Assembly: GCA_008080735.1 (NCBI GenBank)
Contig: SHMW01000003.1
Coordinates: forward strand, 32,001-96,000
Source of the DNA: Promethearchaeota archaeon
GTDB taxonomy: Archaea > Asgardarchaeota > Lokiarchaeia > Sigyniarchaeales > SOKP01
Length of the DNA stretch: 64,000 bases
Direction of reading: 5' to 3'
The position numbers were made by a program, and so were the translations under genes. This document shows positions 9,549 through 20,576 of the stretch, piece after piece (within the stretch, counting starts at the first letter, position 1; the number at the start of each line of letters is the position of its first letter). The notes below the pieces were generated by a model. The model was not told the origin of the DNA. It ran no database searches and worked only from the letters and a program-made list of their open reading frames with translations.

Positions 9549-10955
9549 ATGGGAAAAATAAAAGAATTTCTAAACAAGAATTTTTACAAGATTTTTAATG
9601 ATTCGCATATTTTCTATACATTAATTTTCTTCGTATCCGCACTTCTGGTAGCGTTATTAAGCCTAATACCCTTAGCTAATGTGGGAAATGTGGTGTTATT
9701 TCTCTCTACTTCAATCTCCCTTACATTTATCTTGCTGATGTTCATCGCGCTCATCCCCGCTTTACGAGACTTTTTGTTTTCTGAAGAGAAAAGATTTGAA
9801 AGAAATAAAATTATTGGATTTTTTGGAACCTATTTGATAAGTTTTATTATCACTCTTATCTATTTTCTTTTGGGTAGTAGTACAAATTTAACGGTGGAAT
9901 TTTTTGGCTGGGACGTGTTGCTTCCGATTTTATTTATTGTCATCTTTTTTGGATGGAATTTATTACAAATTCTTTTCCTCAGAAGCGGAATCGAGACTCT
10001 CTCAGAAAAGATTGAGGGAAAAATACTTCCAGATTATGAATCGCTGGAAAAGAAGGAAAAAGTCTCCGTAATAATCGTAATATGTGCTGTAATTATCCCT
10101 ATATTGTTACAGATCGCTCTATTGTTTGCTTTCAGTCCTTCATTTTCTACTCTTGGAGGAGAAGTGTATACGTGGTTTATTATTATAAATATAGTAATGT
10201 TCATCATTATTGGCATCACATCATGGAGACTCATATCTCTATATATCAAGAGTAAAGCAAATAATACTCCAAACATATTTTCTCCGTTTTTTTACACATT
10301 CATCTGGCTCTATCTCAGTTACCGCACATTTAGTTTCCTTAATTCGCTTCAAGGGGCGGGAAATGTTGGAGCAGATATATTTACAGCATTTATGGACATA
10401 TTGCTTATGATTTTAACTGCAATATTAGTTCTAAGAAGTTTAGGAGGAAAACTCTTTGGCGCGACCATTTTCAACGAAAACAATATGCCGTTCTTTCTGT
10501 ATGCATTTACAATGCTCTATATCCAAGGGCAGATCATCATGATCACTGGAGCGGGTAATTTGATTGGAGTCTTTAGCGATCAGAATCAAGTGGACATGGT
10601 AAATAACTTCTTAATTATCGTTATCACTGTGGGCTTTTATCTTTGGTACTCTTCATTTATGCTTCAGAGGAAAGGGTTGATTGAAAGAACCTTATTTACC
10701 CGTGATGAAATAATTGGAATTTTAAAGGATTATAGAGAACATTTAGATAATTTAGGATATATTAAAACACAGGACTTGGGTAAAGCAGAATTAAAAACAT
10801 TTTTAGACAAACAGAAAATAAGTTCTGAAGAAATATTTGAAAAACCTATTCAGAGCGAAAAGGAAAGCGATATTACCGAGAAATCGATGCAATCATCTAT
10901 AGAAGAAACTGAGACTGAGAAATCATCACCAAATGAGGAAAATCCTGACTATTGA
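9549..10955 (+). CDS. polytopic membrane protein of unknown function with acidic C-terminal tail
   Basis: 468 aa, about 10 hydrophobic segments, charged low-complexity tail. Confidence 0.8.
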   Translation: MGKIKEFLNKNFYKIFNDSHIFYTLIFFVSALLVALLSLIPLANVGNVVLFLSTSISLTFILLMFIALIPALRDFLFSEEKRFERNKIIGFFGTYLISFIITLIYFLLGSSTNLTVEFFGWDVLLPILFIVIFFGWNLLQILFLRSGIETLSEKIEGKILPDYESLEKKEKVSVIIVICAVIIPILLQIALLFAFSPSFSTLGGEVYTWFIIINIVMFIIIGITSWRLISLYIKSKANNTPNIFSPFFYTFIWLYLSYRTFSFLNSLQGAGNVGADIFTAFMDILLMILTAILVLRSLGGKLFGATIFNENNMPFFLYAFTMLYIQGQIIMITGAGNLIGVFSDQNQVDMVNNFLIIVITVGFYLWYSSFMLQRKGLIERTLFTRDEIIGILKDYREHLDNLGYIKTQDLGKAELKTFLDKQKISSEEIFEKPIQSEKESDITEKSMQSSIEETETEKSSPNEENPDY

Positions 10956-11165
10956 ACACTTTTAATTTACTTTTTTCTTACTTTTTTCTTATACTCTAAT
11001 ATCATCCTATTGAAATTTCTATTAATAGAACTTTTCTTGTATTTTTAATGAGTACATCTTTCCAATCAAAATTATAAAAAATAGATAAAAAATATAAAAA
11101 AAAGGTTAAATTGAAATCACTAACAATCTTATTTTCAAACAAAAATAATTAATACTTCTTTTAAT

Positions 11166-12992
11166 ATGCGTAGTGAGTCATCCGAATATACGGCATTACA
11201 ATCTGAATTCTCTCCAGAACACGATCCTTTTAAAAAGGTAAGACAGAAAAGCTCAAACCGATGGATAATTTCTCATCTTTTCCATGGTACTAACAAAATA
11301 ATCATTTTTATTGTTTTTTTTAGTACCATCCTTTCTGCAAACCTCCAATCATTGAATATGGTTATAATAGGAAATGCGATCTCTGAGTTCCTTGTTGGAA
11401 ATGGATCTAATTTATTATTATATACCATATCGATCTTATTTGTCGGAATTGGGGGTTCTTTAGTTCGGCTTTTTAATTTTATGCTAAGAGAAATACTTGC
11501 CCAAAGAATGGAAAGAGACACACGTAAAGAATTTTTTATGATTTTATTAGGAAAGAGTCAATCCTTCCATGATCGTCAGAAAGTAGGCGATATAATGGCA
11601 AGGGCCACTGACGATGTGCGGAATCTGAATTTTCTTGTAAGCCCCGCTATTTCTCTTATTTTCGAATCTTTTACCAATTTGATTATACCTATAATATATA
11701 TCTTCCTATTTTATCCTCCCGAATTAATAATCACTCCAATTGGATTTACTATCGTGTTTTTGTGTGCACTTCGAAGTTACAGTAGAAATATTGGTCCCGT
11801 CTCTCGAGATTTAAGGTCTCAATATGGAAGGATGGGTGCTGTGCTCAATGAAGCGCTTTCTGGGATAGAAACTATCAAGGGAACCGCCCAAGAATCGAGT
11901 GAGGTGCTGAAATATTATAGAAGTGCTAAGAAGTACAGGGATTTTTATATAGAGCAAGGACGTGTCCAAGCTAAATATTTACCAATACTTTTCTATGCAT
12001 TATCTATAACAATTGGACTAGGGCATAGTATTTTCCTATATATTAATGGACTTGTGGATATTGGACAAATAGTCGGATATGTGGGATTATTAACTTTATA
12101 TAGATTTCCGACAAATATCTCAATCTTCGTTTTCTCCTACATTAAATTAGCAACGGCAGGGGCTGAAAGATTGCTGGAGTTGATGAATCAAGAGACAGAA
12201 ATTGATGAGAATATTGAAGGGATATCGAAAGACATTAGCGGTAAAATTGAATTCAAGAAAGTGTCTTTTACATATCCAGATGGAGAAACTCCAGTATTAA
12301 AAAACATTTCATTTAAAGTTGATCAAGGAATGACTGTGGCAATCGTGGGAACCACGGGTGCCGGGAAAACAACTTTAACCAAATTGATCTCAAGACTTTA
12401 TGATATTGAAAGAGGAAAAATCTTAATTGATGATATTGACGTTAAGAACTATTCGTTAAAATCTCTTCGGAATCAAATTTCCTATATAGAACAAGATCTG
12501 TTCCTCTTTTCAGATACGATATTTCAGAATATCTCGTTTGGAAGGGTAAGCTCTAAGGAGGAGGTGATTTATGCCGCCAAGCAAGCACAAGCAAATGATT
12601 TTATTATGAATTTTCCCGATGGCTATGAAACAAAGGTGGGGGAGAGGGGAGTGACCTTGAGCGGTGGAGAAAAACAGAGGATTGCGATAGCAAGAGCCTT
12701 TTTGACTGATCCAAGGATCTTGATACTAGATGATTCTACATCTGCAATTGATTCTGAGACCGAAGACAAAATTCAGAAGGCAATACGAAACATCCTTAAG
12801 GATAGAACAACCTTCCTCATTACTCACAGATTAAGTCAAATCAGATGGGCTGATCTAATAATTGTCCTTAAGAAAGGTGAGATTGTCGCAAAAGGAAGAC
12901 ATGAGGAATTGATCTTAACATCGGAAGAATATCGGAAAATTTTTGTTAAAAAGTTTGATGTAAAAGTAGAAGAATTACTGGATGGTGAATAG
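11166..12992 (+). CDS. ABC exporter half-transporter (TMD+NBD), subunit 1
   Basis: GTTGAGKT Walker A, LSGGEKQR signature, degenerate Walker B ILDDS. Confidence 0.93.
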   Translation: MRSESSEYTALQSEFSPEHDPFKKVRQKSSNRWIISHLFHGTNKIIIFIVFFSTILSANLQSLNMVIIGNAISEFLVGNGSNLLLYTISILFVGIGGSLVRLFNFMLREILAQRMERDTRKEFFMILLGKSQSFHDRQKVGDIMARATDDVRNLNFLVSPAISLIFESFTNLIIPIIYIFLFYPPELIITPIGFTIVFLCALRSYSRNIGPVSRDLRSQYGRMGAVLNEALSGIETIKGTAQESSEVLKYYRSAKKYRDFYIEQGRVQAKYLPILFYALSITIGLGHSIFLYINGLVDIGQIVGYVGLLTLYRFPTNISIFVFSYIKLATAGAERLLELMNQETEIDENIEGISKDISGKIEFKKVSFTYPDGETPVLKNISFKVDQGMTVAIVGTTGAGKTTLTKLISRLYDIERGKILIDDIDVKNYSLKSLRNQISYIEQDLFLFSDTIFQNISFGRVSSKEEVIYAAKQAQANDFIMNFPDGYETKVGERGVTLSGGEKQRIAIARAFLTDPRILILDDSTSAIDSETEDKIQKAIRNILKDRTTFLITHRLSQIRWADLIIVLKKGEIVAKGRHEELILTSEEYRKIFVKKFDVKVEELLDGE

Positions 12993-14799
12993 AATGTCGG
13001 GAATTGGATTAGAAGCAGAAAAATATGACAGAAAATATTCTGATATAAATTTATTGAAACGAATTTCTTCATATTTCAAACCCTATTCTCGAAACTTGGT
13101 TGTAGTAGTCTTCTTTTTAGCATTATATTCTTTAACTAGTTCTTTTGTTCCTATTCTCTCCAGACTTATTATTAATGAATTATCTGCTAACCAAAATGTG
13201 TTTTATCTAAGCTTTGTCTTGGCGGTTATTTTAGGGTTTAATCTTTTAAATTGGATATTTAATTATTTCCGTCAGATCAATTCTGCTAAAATGATCGGTG
13301 GAGTTGTGTTAGACCTTAGAAGAGATGCTACGCGTGCTACATTGAACCATGATCTCTCATTTTTTGATAAAAATCCTACGGGAAAAATCGTTAGCCGAAT
13401 CAATTCTGATGGTAAAGATTTTGCCCAAACCGTCGAACTCTCAATCCAATTACTCTCTTCCCTCCTTATTATTGTAATTCTTCTTGTGTTCATGATATTT
13501 ATAAATTTAATTCTAACTGTTGCATTTATTATCTCTGTGCCACTTTTTTTCATTATTGCATTCTCATTTAGAAAAATTGCCCGAGAAAAGACCTTAAAAG
13601 GCCAAAGAGCTCGAGCAAATGTAAATTCATTTATAAAAGAAAGTTTTTCAGGGATCCAAATCGCAAAAACATTCCGTCGTGAGGAGAAATTATTTAAAAA
13701 ATTTAATCAAATCAATCAATCATCATACGACGTCAATCTGAAACGCGCGTGGGTTTTGAACGCTATCTTTCCAAGCTTAGGAATCATACAGGGAGTATTA
13801 ATAGCTTTATTGGTATATTTTGGGGGCTTTGGTGTATTAAATGGTATAATAAGCGGTGGAGATCTATACCTGTTTTTACAAAGTATTTGGTTATTGTTTT
13901 TTCCCATATTTACAATTGCCTCTTTTTGGCCCCAATTCCAAGCTGGTTTAGCAGCAGCTGAGCGGAGCTTTTCATTAATAGATGCTGAACCTAAGGTTAA
14001 ACAAACCAATAATATAATACCAAAAAATTTGAGAGGGAAAATCGAATTTAAAAATTTAGTGTTTCGATACGAAGAAGGCAAGAATGTGTTCGAGAATTTC
14101 AATCTCACCATCGCACCGGGAGAAACCGTCGCATTAGTTGGTCATACAGGCGCAGGTAAATCGAGCATTGCTAATCTTATCGCACGGTTTTATGAATTTC
14201 AAGGGGGAAAAATTTTAATTGATGGGAAGGATATTAGAGAGTTCGATTTGGATGCATATAGACGAGAATTAGGAATTATTCCTCAGACCCCATTTCTCTG
14301 GGCTGATACTGTGGAGAATAATATCAAATACTGTTGTTTATCTGCAACCAGCGACGACGTTATAGATACATTAGATAAGGTGGGTGGATATGATTGGATT
14401 GATGATCTTTCCGAAGGTTTAGATACAAATATACGGGAAAGGGGAAGTCTCCTTTCGATGGGACAGAGACAATTGGTAGTTTTTGCTCGCGTACTTCTTG
14501 AAGATCCCTCGATATTGATTCTGGATGAGGCAACCGCGTCTGTTGACCCATTTACCGAAACACGTATCCAAGAGGCTGTTGAACGTATAATTCAAGGCAG
14601 AACTTCGATTATAATCGCCCATCGGCTATGGACCGTTAGACATGTGGACAGAATAATCGTAATTGATCATGGAGAGATTATTGAACAAGGAGACCATGAT
14701 GAACTAATGGAAATGGGAGGTAAATATGCGGAACTCTATAATACATACTTCAGACATCAATCATTTGAATATATTGAAAAAATGAAAGAAAATAAATAA
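12982..14799 (+). CDS. ABC exporter half-transporter (TMD+NBD), subunit 2
   Basis: GHTGAGKS, degenerate signature LSMGQRQ, ILDEAT; overlaps its partner, as expected for a heterodimeric exporter. Confidence 0.93.
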   Translation: MVNRMSGIGLEAEKYDRKYSDINLLKRISSYFKPYSRNLVVVVFFLALYSLTSSFVPILSRLIINELSANQNVFYLSFVLAVILGFNLLNWIFNYFRQINSAKMIGGVVLDLRRDATRATLNHDLSFFDKNPTGKIVSRINSDGKDFAQTVELSIQLLSSLLIIVILLVFMIFINLILTVAFIISVPLFFIIAFSFRKIAREKTLKGQRARANVNSFIKESFSGIQIAKTFRREEKLFKKFNQINQSSYDVNLKRAWVLNAIFPSLGIIQGVLIALLVYFGGFGVLNGIISGGDLYLFLQSIWLLFFPIFTIASFWPQFQAGLAAAERSFSLIDAEPKVKQTNNIIPKNLRGKIEFKNLVFRYEEGKNVFENFNLTIAPGETVALVGHTGAGKSSIANLIARFYEFQGGKILIDGKDIREFDLDAYRRELGIIPQTPFLWADTVENNIKYCCLSATSDDVIDTLDKVGGYDWIDDLSEGLDTNIRERGSLLSMGQRQLVVFARVLLEDPSILILDEATASVDPFTETRIQEAVERIIQGRTSIIIAHRLWTVRHVDRIIVIDHGEIIEQGDHDELMEMGGKYAELYNTYFRHQSFEYIEKMKENK

Positions 14800-14831
14800 T
14801 GGGAACTTGAATTCAATATTACTGTTCCCAA

Positions 14832-15203
14832 TTATTTGAGCTCTTGATAATATTCAAGTACCTTGAGAGCAAATCGACTACTCACTGTCGCGGGTCCACC
14901 GCCCATCTCGACTGCAACTTCAATTGTTTCTATTATCTGACTTTTTGAAGCTCCTGCTTTGAGTGCCTCATGTATATGCCATTCCATACATGACTCACAG
15001 TTAATTGCTATGGATATTCCAAGTGCAATCAGTTCCTTATAGATTTTTTTGAGATTTCTGTTTGAAAATGCCTCTTTTTCCATTTGTAAAAAGGCATCAT
15101 ATACTTTTGATTTTAATTCTATAAGTGTCTGGTGGGCCTTATTTCGATCAGAGATTATTTTTTGGATTTTTTCTTTATCTTCTTTATCCATTCCAATTTT
15201 CAC
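14832..15203 (-). CDS. carboxymuconolactone decarboxylase/AhpD family protein
   Basis: KELIALGISIAINCESCMEWH, MGGGP. Confidence 0.88.
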   Translation of the reverse strand: MKIGMDKEDKEKIQKIISDRNKAHQTLIELKSKVYDAFLQMEKEAFSNRNLKKIYKELIALGISIAINCESCMEWHIHEALKAGASKSQIIETIEVAVEMGGGPATVSSRFALKVLEYYQELK

Positions 15204-15385
15204 CTTTAATTAAGGATTTTATGAATTGAAACATCTAATAACATCTCACAATAAATTAAATAGCAGAAAAATTAAAGATATATAAAAATTCCTAGGAATC
15301 AATTGGCAATTTTATGTTTGCTTTGGGCAATATAAAAAGGTTTGCTTAGATGAAATAATGAATCCTAATTTGCTTTATGCTCATT

Positions 15386-15976
15386 TCAAAATTCAATGAA
15401 CAAGTCCTCCAACTTTTTACTCTTATCTCGTTTCATAAAAAATACTGCTAATCCGATGATTATCGCAATCGATCCTATTGTCGAGGGAATAATTATGTTG
15501 AGATAAATGGGTGGATTGTGATCATCTGATTTGGAGGAAACTTTCTTATGTATCTGGATGCTAATACCTGGTGTATTGGGAAAAAAGTTATTGATATTGA
15601 ACGGTTCTTCAAGATAAAAGATATAGGATGTAATGTAAAAATCAGCCGCACCAGCGCTCAAATTCAGATTTAGTGAGGAAATTGGTATGGTGAGTAAAAC
15701 CGAAATATAACCCTTTTGTGTAAATAATTCACTCATCCAGACCAAATTGCCTGTTTCAAATGTGGTGCTATTGTAGATACGAACACTAACTTGGTTATCA
15801 ACCGCCGTTTCTGGAATATACCAAGAGCCATTTAAGATTATAGTCTCGTCCTCATAAAAACTATCCTTGTTTACATCTATCTCATAAGAAAAGGTTGCGT
15901 TTGCATTTTGAAATCCTTCAAGAACAAGTATTCCAAATAATGAGAGGAGTATAAATGCAATATACCTTTTTTTCAT
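15386..15976 (-). CDS. secreted protein with C-terminal membrane anchor
   Basis: N-terminal signal peptide, beta-rich middle, C-terminal TM helix and basic tail. Confidence 0.75.
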   Translation of the reverse strand: MKKRYIAFILLSLFGILVLEGFQNANATFSYEIDVNKDSFYEDETIILNGSWYIPETAVDNQVSVRIYNSTTFETGNLVWMSELFTQKGYISVLLTIPISSLNLNLSAGAADFYITSYIFYLEEPFNINNFFPNTPGISIQIHKKVSSKSDDHNPPIYLNIIIPSTIGSIAIIIGLAVFFMKRDKSKKLEDLFIEF

Positions 15977-16096
15977 ATCAACAATTTTGACAAAAACTAT
16001 AAAAAATCCACATTAATTGATTTGTTCCCCTTTCGTATGCCCATTGATTTGATTATTGAGTGATAAAATAAAAAATAAAAAAAATTGGAATTGAAA

Positions 16097-17452
16097 TTAT
16101 AATCTTTGGATATATCTATCGCGTTCCCACTCAGATACAACCGTTCTATATGCATCATATTCTTCCAGTTTTGCGTAATAATAGTTTTTAAACATCTGTT
16201 CTCCGAAAATCTCTTTCATCATTTCTGATTCTTTAAATTCGTTTAAGGCAGCTCTGAGACTACCTGGAAGGGAAATAATACCCGCTTTTTCGAGGTCTTT
16301 GGTAGAGAAATGATAGACATTTTTATCTGTGGGTTCAGGAATTTCAATATCATTTGAGGTTATGCCTTCTAATCCAGTCCCTAACAGCACGGCAAATTGA
16401 AGATATGGGTTCCCGGATGGATCCGGACACCTGATTTCACATCGTGCTGAATTGGGTTTTTCATGGAAATCGGGTACTCTTATCAAAGGAGAGCGATTTC
16501 GGAAGCCCCAAGCGACATATACAGGAGCTTCATAGCCAGGTACTAATCGTTTATACGAGTTTGGCCAGCTCGATAATACGGGACACATAGCTTTAGCATA
16601 TTTTAATTGCCCCGCAATCCATTTTTTCATCTGCATTGAGATAAAAGCTTCATCGGTCTCATCATAAAATACATTTTTCCCATCTTTCCATAAACTCTGG
16701 TGGACGTGCATACCCGAACCGTTTATCCCTTGAAAAGGCTTGGGCATAAAGGTAGCAGTCATATCATTCTGGGCGGCCACAGTTTTAATGATGGTTTTGA
16801 TAGTAATTGTATTATCTGCCGAGTTGACCGCCTCATCATACCGGAAATCAACCTCGTGTTGTCCATATGCGACTTCGTGATGGAGTGCCTCAATTTCAAT
16901 ACCCATTCGATCACAATATTGAGCTATACGATATCTCATCATCTCGTTAATATCATACGGGTCATAATCGAAATATCCCCTGAGATCGCTTGGTTTGAAT
17001 TTCTCTTTTTGCGCTTCTTTGCTCAATATGAAAAACTCCATTTCAGGGGCGCAATAATATGTATATCCTAAATCTTTTGCTTTTTTCACGGTTTTTTGAA
17101 GGATGTATCTCGGATCACCTTCGTATCGGTCTCCGTCGGGCTTATAAATGTCGCAAATAACTCTCGCAACCTTATTTTCCTTTCTCCAGGGAAGGATATA
17201 AAATGTGCTGGGATCAGGAATCGCTACTTTATCGCTTTCCTCAATCGCTCCATAACCAGTAATGCTGGAGCCGTCAAAATTCTCTCCCACCTCCATAAAA
17301 TCTTCAATCCGCTTTGAATTGATTTCGAAAGATTTTATGAGACCGTGGATGTCTGTGAATTGAAGGTATATGAACTTGATATCTAGTTCTTTTACAGTTT
17401 CTATGACCTTTTCACAGACTTCCTTTCGCTGTGGGTCGTCTTTTTCAATCAT
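16097..17452 (-). CDS. glnA: glutamine synthetase type I
   Basis: FDGSSI, EMEFF, HHEVAYGQHE, FMPKP, NGSGMHVHQS, YKRLVPGYEAP, NRSPLIRVP, EIRCPDP. Confidence 0.96.
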   Translation of the reverse strand: MIEKDDPQRKEVCEKVIETVKELDIKFIYLQFTDIHGLIKSFEINSKRIEDFMEVGENFDGSSITGYGAIEESDKVAIPDPSTFYILPWRKENKVARVICDIYKPDGDRYEGDPRYILQKTVKKAKDLGYTYYCAPEMEFFILSKEAQKEKFKPSDLRGYFDYDPYDINEMMRYRIAQYCDRMGIEIEALHHEVAYGQHEVDFRYDEAVNSADNTITIKTIIKTVAAQNDMTATFMPKPFQGINGSGMHVHQSLWKDGKNVFYDETDEAFISMQMKKWIAGQLKYAKAMCPVLSSWPNSYKRLVPGYEAPVYVAWGFRNRSPLIRVPDFHEKPNSARCEIRCPDPSGNPYLQFAVLLGTGLEGITSNDIEIPEPTDKNVYHFSTKDLEKAGIISLPGSLRAALNEFKESEMMKEIFGEQMFKNYYYAKLEEYDAYRTVVSEWERDRYIQRL

Positions 17453-17481
17453 TTTTTTGATGTACTTATATATATTTTTCT

Positions 17482-17495
17482 TAGTCTGGTTATAT
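17482..17495. promoter_or_regulatory. candidate nitrogen-regulon box TAGTCTGGTTATAT
   Basis: 12/14 match to 6254-6267; 30 bp upstream of the glnA start. Confidence 0.3.
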
Positions 17496-17695
17496 ACTAC
17501 CTACTAAGTTATATTACTAAATGTTTTATTATTTAAAAAGTTTCCACTCTATTTTATTATTAATAAAAATATGTGGTATGATAAACTAATTTGCATGAAA
17601 ACAATTACACGTAATGAACCTAAAAATATAAATAATATCAAAGTCTTCTAATTATACCAGAAATTTAAAAAATGAAAATATAAAAAAAAATTGAA

Positions 17696-18187
17696 ATGGA
17701 CCTTTCTGAAGACGATTTGGATATTCTTACCAAATTGAGCCGAGATGGGCGGAAGACATATAATAAATTAGCCGAGGAGTTAAAAAAGTCTCCTGTAACC
17801 ATTAAGAAATACGTAGAGGAGCTCGAGAATAAGGGAATAATAGAGGGTTATGGAGTTACGATCAATTATGAACAATTAGGATTTGAAATTATCGCCTTAA
17901 TCGAACTGACGATTTCCAAAGGCAAGATGCTCGAAGTAGAGCGGGACATTGCCAAAAATCCGCACGTCTTCGGAGTATATGATATCACAGGGGAGTATGA
18001 TGCCCTTATTTTTGCTCGATTTAAGCGACGGGATGAATTGAGCCAGTTAGTCAAGGATATTAACTCGTATGAATATGTGATTCGAACGAATACTCATATT
18101 GTGTTGAATGTTATAAAGGAGGGGAGCTCATTTTCCGAATTAATGAAAGAGGAAGCAGCTAAAAATAAAGAAAAGAAATCATCCTAA
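17696..18187 (+). CDS. Lrp/AsnC family transcriptional regulator, divergent from glnA
   Basis: N-terminal HTH (DGRKTYNKLAEEL..LENKGIIEGY), RAM domain with ITGEYD. Confidence 0.93.
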   Translation: MDLSEDDLDILTKLSRDGRKTYNKLAEELKKSPVTIKKYVEELENKGIIEGYGVTINYEQLGFEIIALIELTISKGKMLEVERDIAKNPHVFGVYDITGEYDALIFARFKRRDELSQLVKDINSYEYVIRTNTHIVLNVIKEGSSFSELMKEEAAKNKEKKSS

Positions 18188-18353
18188 GTATAATGAAATC
18201 TGAAATTTAAAATAAAAGTGGCAGTTAGATGCTACAACAATTAAAAATCTGGAAAAGATTCAAGAACTCGAATTTCTATATAAAAGAGATTTTGAAAATT
18301 GTTGAAAACCTTATTCTTCAACAAAAGAGGTAATTGATCCGAGCGCGGCTACG

Positions 18354-18545
18354 ATGGCATCTAGGAAGGCTATGGCCGCGTATATAGCATTAAAGGATGG
18401 TGATTGCGGTCTTGCTCCCTTTTATTTAGGAGAGATGATTCACTACATAGCAGATGTTTCATCTTATTGTCATACTCTGAAACACGACGAACTTGGTTAT
18501 ACGAACCATCAAATAGAAGGTGCCATTTTATTAAGAACAGGTTGA
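18354..18545 (+). pseudogene. fragment of a zinc-dependent phospholipase C family gene
   Basis: FYLGEMIHYIADVSSYCH..H..E resembles the Zn-PLC metal motif; only about 60 codons, no intact N- or C-terminus. Confidence 0.5.
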
Positions 18546-18564
18546 ACAACATCCCCTTTTTTTA

Positions 18565-18882
18565 AAGTACTTGGAGGAGCTCGAGAATAATAGAGTAATA
18601 GAAGATTATGGAATCACAATCAATTCTGAATAATTAGGGTATAAATTCATCCCAGTCATTGAGCTTACACTCTTCGAGGGTAAGATGTTCGAAATTGAGC
18701 ATGACAATACCAATAAACCGCACGTTTTCGGATTTTATTATATTATAGGTGAATAAGATCCCCTTATTTACATCGGATTTAAGAAATGTAACGAATTGAG
18801 CCAGCTGGTCAAGGAAACTAACTCGTACGAACATAGGGTTCGAAGAAATACTTATATTGGTTTGAATGGTATAAAGCATAGG
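18565..18882 (+). pseudogene. degenerate second copy of the Lrp/AsnC gene
   Basis: Colinear and gap-free with 17807-18124 (KYLEELENNRVIEDYG..PHVFG..ELSQLVK); TAA stops at 18631 and 18754; HTH start missing. Confidence 0.88.
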
Positions 18883-19031
18883 ATCAGAAAAACTGAGAAA
18901 AAGGGCATTCAACAGTAACTACTAAAGAGATTGAGATTCCTGATTATATTTGATAAAATATGTCTATCGTGTATTTCTATTTGATTGCATTTATTAGTCT
19001 CTAAATCGAATATATATTAATAATTCTAAAT

Positions 19032-20192
19032 GTGATTATTTTGACTCAAACTCATATTATACCAAATATAGAAGAAATAGATAGAGACCAACTTTATGAG
19101 GACTTACGTAAATTTTTAAGTCCCGAGAAGAGTTTAAAACTTCCGAAAAATGATACGACAAAAAAGCTTTTAACCAATATGTACACCGAGACGGAGGCAT
19201 ATCTTATCGTAAATGGCTTTAAGAAACCTTTAGGTCCGAGACTTGGATGGAGTATGAGAAGAAAAACTAAGATTTCCAAAGAAAAGCTCCAAGAAATCTT
19301 AGACGATATGATCTATAAGGGTAAATTAATTAAAAAAGGCCCTTTTTACCTCATCTTCCCCTATATTCCTGGAGGTTTTGAGTTTTATTTTACCACCAAT
19401 AGAGATGATCCTACTCGTATGAAAAAAGCTGCAGAGGCACATGATGCTCTCTTTTATGAAGGCTATCCTTTGGGTCTCGGGAAAATGGATCCGACCGTCT
19501 ATCGCGTGATTCCAACCATAGAACCTACCAAAAAAACGTATGAAATAAATAAATCTATGGAAATTGAGCATCAAATCCTTACTTATGAGTTAATGGAAGA
19601 TTATCTCGCGGAAAAAGATATATTTGCAGTGGTTCCATGCAGCTGTAGGACTGCCGCTGCTTTAGCAGGTAATCCATGTAAAAGGACGGATGAAAATTAT
19701 TGTATCACCGCAGGAGCATTAGCAAAAAATAGTATAGAATCTGGCGTTGGAAGAGAGGTCACCTTGGAAGAGTTAATAGAGGTTATGAAAAAGGCAGAAA
19801 AAGAAGGATTAGTTCATGAGACATTTAACGTACAAGAAGCCTCCCTATTTATCTGTAATTGCTGTCCTTGTTGCTGTGGGTTTTTAAAAAGTGTAAAAGA
19901 ATTGGGAAATTACGCTGCGATCACCAAATCAAATTTTGAGCCGCTTGTTGATGAAGAAAAATGCACATTATGTAATATATGTGTAGAAATATGTCCCATG
20001 GAAGCAATGAGCTTGGAAGACACTTCAAATGGCGAAGCATCGGTAAAAATAGATATTAACTATCAGTTATGCATTGGTTGCGGGGTTTGTGCTTCAAATT
20101 GCCCCCAAGAAGCTATAAAACTCAACAAAGTAAGAAATGAAACACCTGTAAAGAATTTGAGAAAATATTACAAAAAATTGGAGCGACATTGA
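19032..20192 (+). CDS. 4Fe-4S binding protein (Cys-rich oxidoreductase subunit)
   Basis: PCSCR, ICNCCPCCCG, two CxxCxxCxxxCP ferredoxin motifs. Confidence 0.85.
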   Translation: MIILTQTHIIPNIEEIDRDQLYEDLRKFLSPEKSLKLPKNDTTKKLLTNMYTETEAYLIVNGFKKPLGPRLGWSMRRKTKISKEKLQEILDDMIYKGKLIKKGPFYLIFPYIPGGFEFYFTTNRDDPTRMKKAAEAHDALFYEGYPLGLGKMDPTVYRVIPTIEPTKKTYEINKSMEIEHQILTYELMEDYLAEKDIFAVVPCSCRTAAALAGNPCKRTDENYCITAGALAKNSIESGVGREVTLEELIEVMKKAEKEGLVHETFNVQEASLFICNCCPCCCGFLKSVKELGNYAAITKSNFEPLVDEEKCTLCNICVEICPMEAMSLEDTSNGEASVKIDINYQLCIGCGVCASNCPQEAIKLNKVRNETPVKNLRKYYKKLERH

Positions 20193-20526
20193 ATAATCGG
20201 ATTAATTGGATTTTTTTACTTCTCCTTTTTTGGCTATCTCTCTGAAAAATTAATAAATTTCTTTGAAATAATCATTTGATTAATTCCTTAAATTTATCGA
20301 GGACTGAAATGGATTTTGTTTTCCAGACCCAATCTGCTTGTATATGAAATTTAGAGATAAACTTCGATTTAACCCATTCTGGTTTTTTAATTAGTTTAAA
20401 AAACATCCTCCCAATAATGAAAACTTAAACTATTGAACTTAGAATCTTTAATCCTAAAGAAATTATTTTAAAGGAAATTTGTTCTGATTTTTTTATAATT
20501 TAATATGGAAATCTTTATATATTCCA

Positions 20527-20567
20527 GATTACGAATGATCGTAAATTGATTACGAACTTTCGTAAAT
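20527..20567. promoter_or_regulatory. tandem palindromic operator TTACGA-N4-TCGTAA (two copies)
   Basis: Copies at 20529-20544 and 20550-20565, 21 bp apart, between TTTATATA (20514-20521) and ATG 20577. Confidence 0.75.
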
Positions 20568-20576
20568 GATCTAAAA

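Noticed and set aside
17604-17615. Palindrome ATTAC-AC-GTAAT between glnA and lrp
   Set aside because: Only 5-bp arms in AT-rich DNA and no second copy found.
17807-18882. Lrp gene and its gap-free copy as a diversity-generating retroelement VR/TR pair
   Set aside because: Differences involve all four bases and are enriched at synonymous positions rather than adenines, and there is no reverse transcriptase in the window.
18634-18912. 92-aa minus-strand ORF as a real gene
   Set aside because: It is the antisense shadow of the Lrp pseudogene and has no recognisable motif.
20539-20555. Junction TCGTAA-ATTGA-TTACGA as a canonical Bacillus-type Zur box
   Set aside because: The spacer is 5 bp instead of 3, and the two 6-4-6 palindromes explain the pattern better.
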